A stretch of DNA of 64,000 bases. It comes from Candidatus Eiseniibacteriota bacterium. GTDB lineage: Bacteria > Eisenbacteria > RBG-16-71-46 > SZUA-252. This document shows positions 63,234-64,000 of this stretch, piece by piece. Below the pieces are notes generated by a model that had not been told where the DNA came from, did no database searches, and saw only the letters and a program-made list of their open reading frames with translations. Location: the NCBI GenBank assembly GCA_963703225.1, contig OY969801.1, positions 2,016,001 through 2,080,000 of the forward strand, in the 5' to 3' direction. How positions within the stretch are numbered: position 1 is the first letter of the stretch; each line of letters opens with the position of its first letter. Position numbers and translations under genes: made by a program.

Positions 63234-64000
63234 CTCGCGGGCGCTCCGGAGACTCCCGTCGCGGCCGCCTCGAGCGCCTCGGGATCCTCGCTGCCGTAGA
63301 GCCCGGCCTCCTTGTCCACCCCGCGCACGAGGCCGCGGAGCACGCGTCCGTTTCCGACCTCGACGTAGTGCCGGATCCCGGCCGCCTGCATCGCGCGGAT
63401 CGTCTGCTCCCAGAGGACCGGTGAGAGGAGCTGCCTTCTCAGCGTGTCTCGGATCTCCTCCGGCTCGCTCACCGGTTTGGCGGAGACGTTCGCGTAGACC
63501 GGAAAGGAAGCCCGCGAAATCCGCGCGCGTCCGATCGCCTCGTCCAACCCGCGCGAGGCCGCCTCCATGAGCGGCGAATGAAACGCCGCGCTCACCTGGA
63601 GCGGGACCACCTTCTTCGCGCCCGCGCGCTTCGCCTCTTCGCCCGCCAGGGCGACCGCCTCCGGGGTCCCGGAGAGAACCACTTGGCCCGGGGAATTGAA
63701 ATTCGCCGCGGCAAGATCCCGCGGGGCGTTGACCCGTCGCAGCAAATCCTCGATTTGCTCGATCGAAAGTCCGAGCACCGCCGTCATCGTGCCCGGCCGC
63801 TCCGCGCCCGCCCCCGCCATCGCTTCGCCGCGGCGGCGGATCAGGCGAAGGCCCTCTTCGAACGAGAGCGAGCCCGCCGCGACGTGAGCGGCGTATTCGC
63901 CCGCGCTGTGTCCCGCCGCGGCCGCCGGCCGAAGACCCCTCCTCTCGAGCACGCGGAACGCGGCGATGCTCGTGACGAGGAGCGCGGGTTGCGTGTTCTC
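63230..64000 (-). CDS. fabD: Malonyl-CoA:ACP transacylase (5' end outside the window)
   Basis: NTQPALL, GHSAGEY, N.N.PGQVV.SG, VSAAFHS.LM, SPV.W motifs. Confidence 0.96.
   Translation of the reverse strand, partial: ENTQPALLVTSIAAFRVLERRGLRPAAAAGHSAGEYAAHVAAGSLSFEEGLRLIRRRGEAMAGAGAERPGTMTAVLGLSIEQIEDLLRRVNAPRDLAAANFNSPGQVVLSGTPEAVALAGEEAKRAGAKKVVPLQVSAAFHSPLMEAASRGLDEAIGRARISRASFPVYANVSAKPVSEPEEIRDTLRRQLLSPVLWEQTIRAMQAAGIRHYVEVGNGRVLRGLVRGVDKEAGLYGSEDPEALEAAATGVSGAPAR

Overview
This is a high-GC diderm bacterial window, almost entirely minus-strand encoded. Canonical sigma70 promoters, strong Shine-Dalgarno sites, a SprA homologue and FlgD-Ig/T9SS-like C-terminal domains point to a non-Bacteroidetes relative of the FCB group, possibly Ca. 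Eisenbacteria (inference). 1-26 kb is a surface-protein island of five secreted proteins sharing a 'PNPFNP...SGVY...K' C-terminal sorting domain. One is a ~3,500-aa adhesin with 28 patterned cadherin/Ig-like repeats and an apparently circularly permuted Ig domain, and it is flanked by two paralogous genes. Glycan genes bracket the island (manC, phosphoglycosyl transferase, O-antigen-ligase/TPR, flippase-like protein, deacetylase). A near-consensus promoter, a ~190-nt structured RNA and an intrinsic terminator lie upstream of the paralog/adhesin block. 26-38 kb is the rimP-nusA-infB-rbfA-truB-ribF-rpsO-pnp-M16-dut core operon. 38-48 kb holds sprA, coupled to a glutaminyl-cyclase-like M28 lipoprotein and divergent from lptFG. 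48-64 kb runs fabD-fabG-acpP-fabF-rnc, TPR protein, ECF sigma, anti-sigma, an HtrA-like protein lacking its catalytic triad, aroB, aroQ, accB-pilT-accC-comB. Many genes, including essential ones, carry single-base indels that are best read as sequencing/assembly errors, and I joined them by eye. No rRNA, tRNA, CRISPR array or mobile element was recognised.
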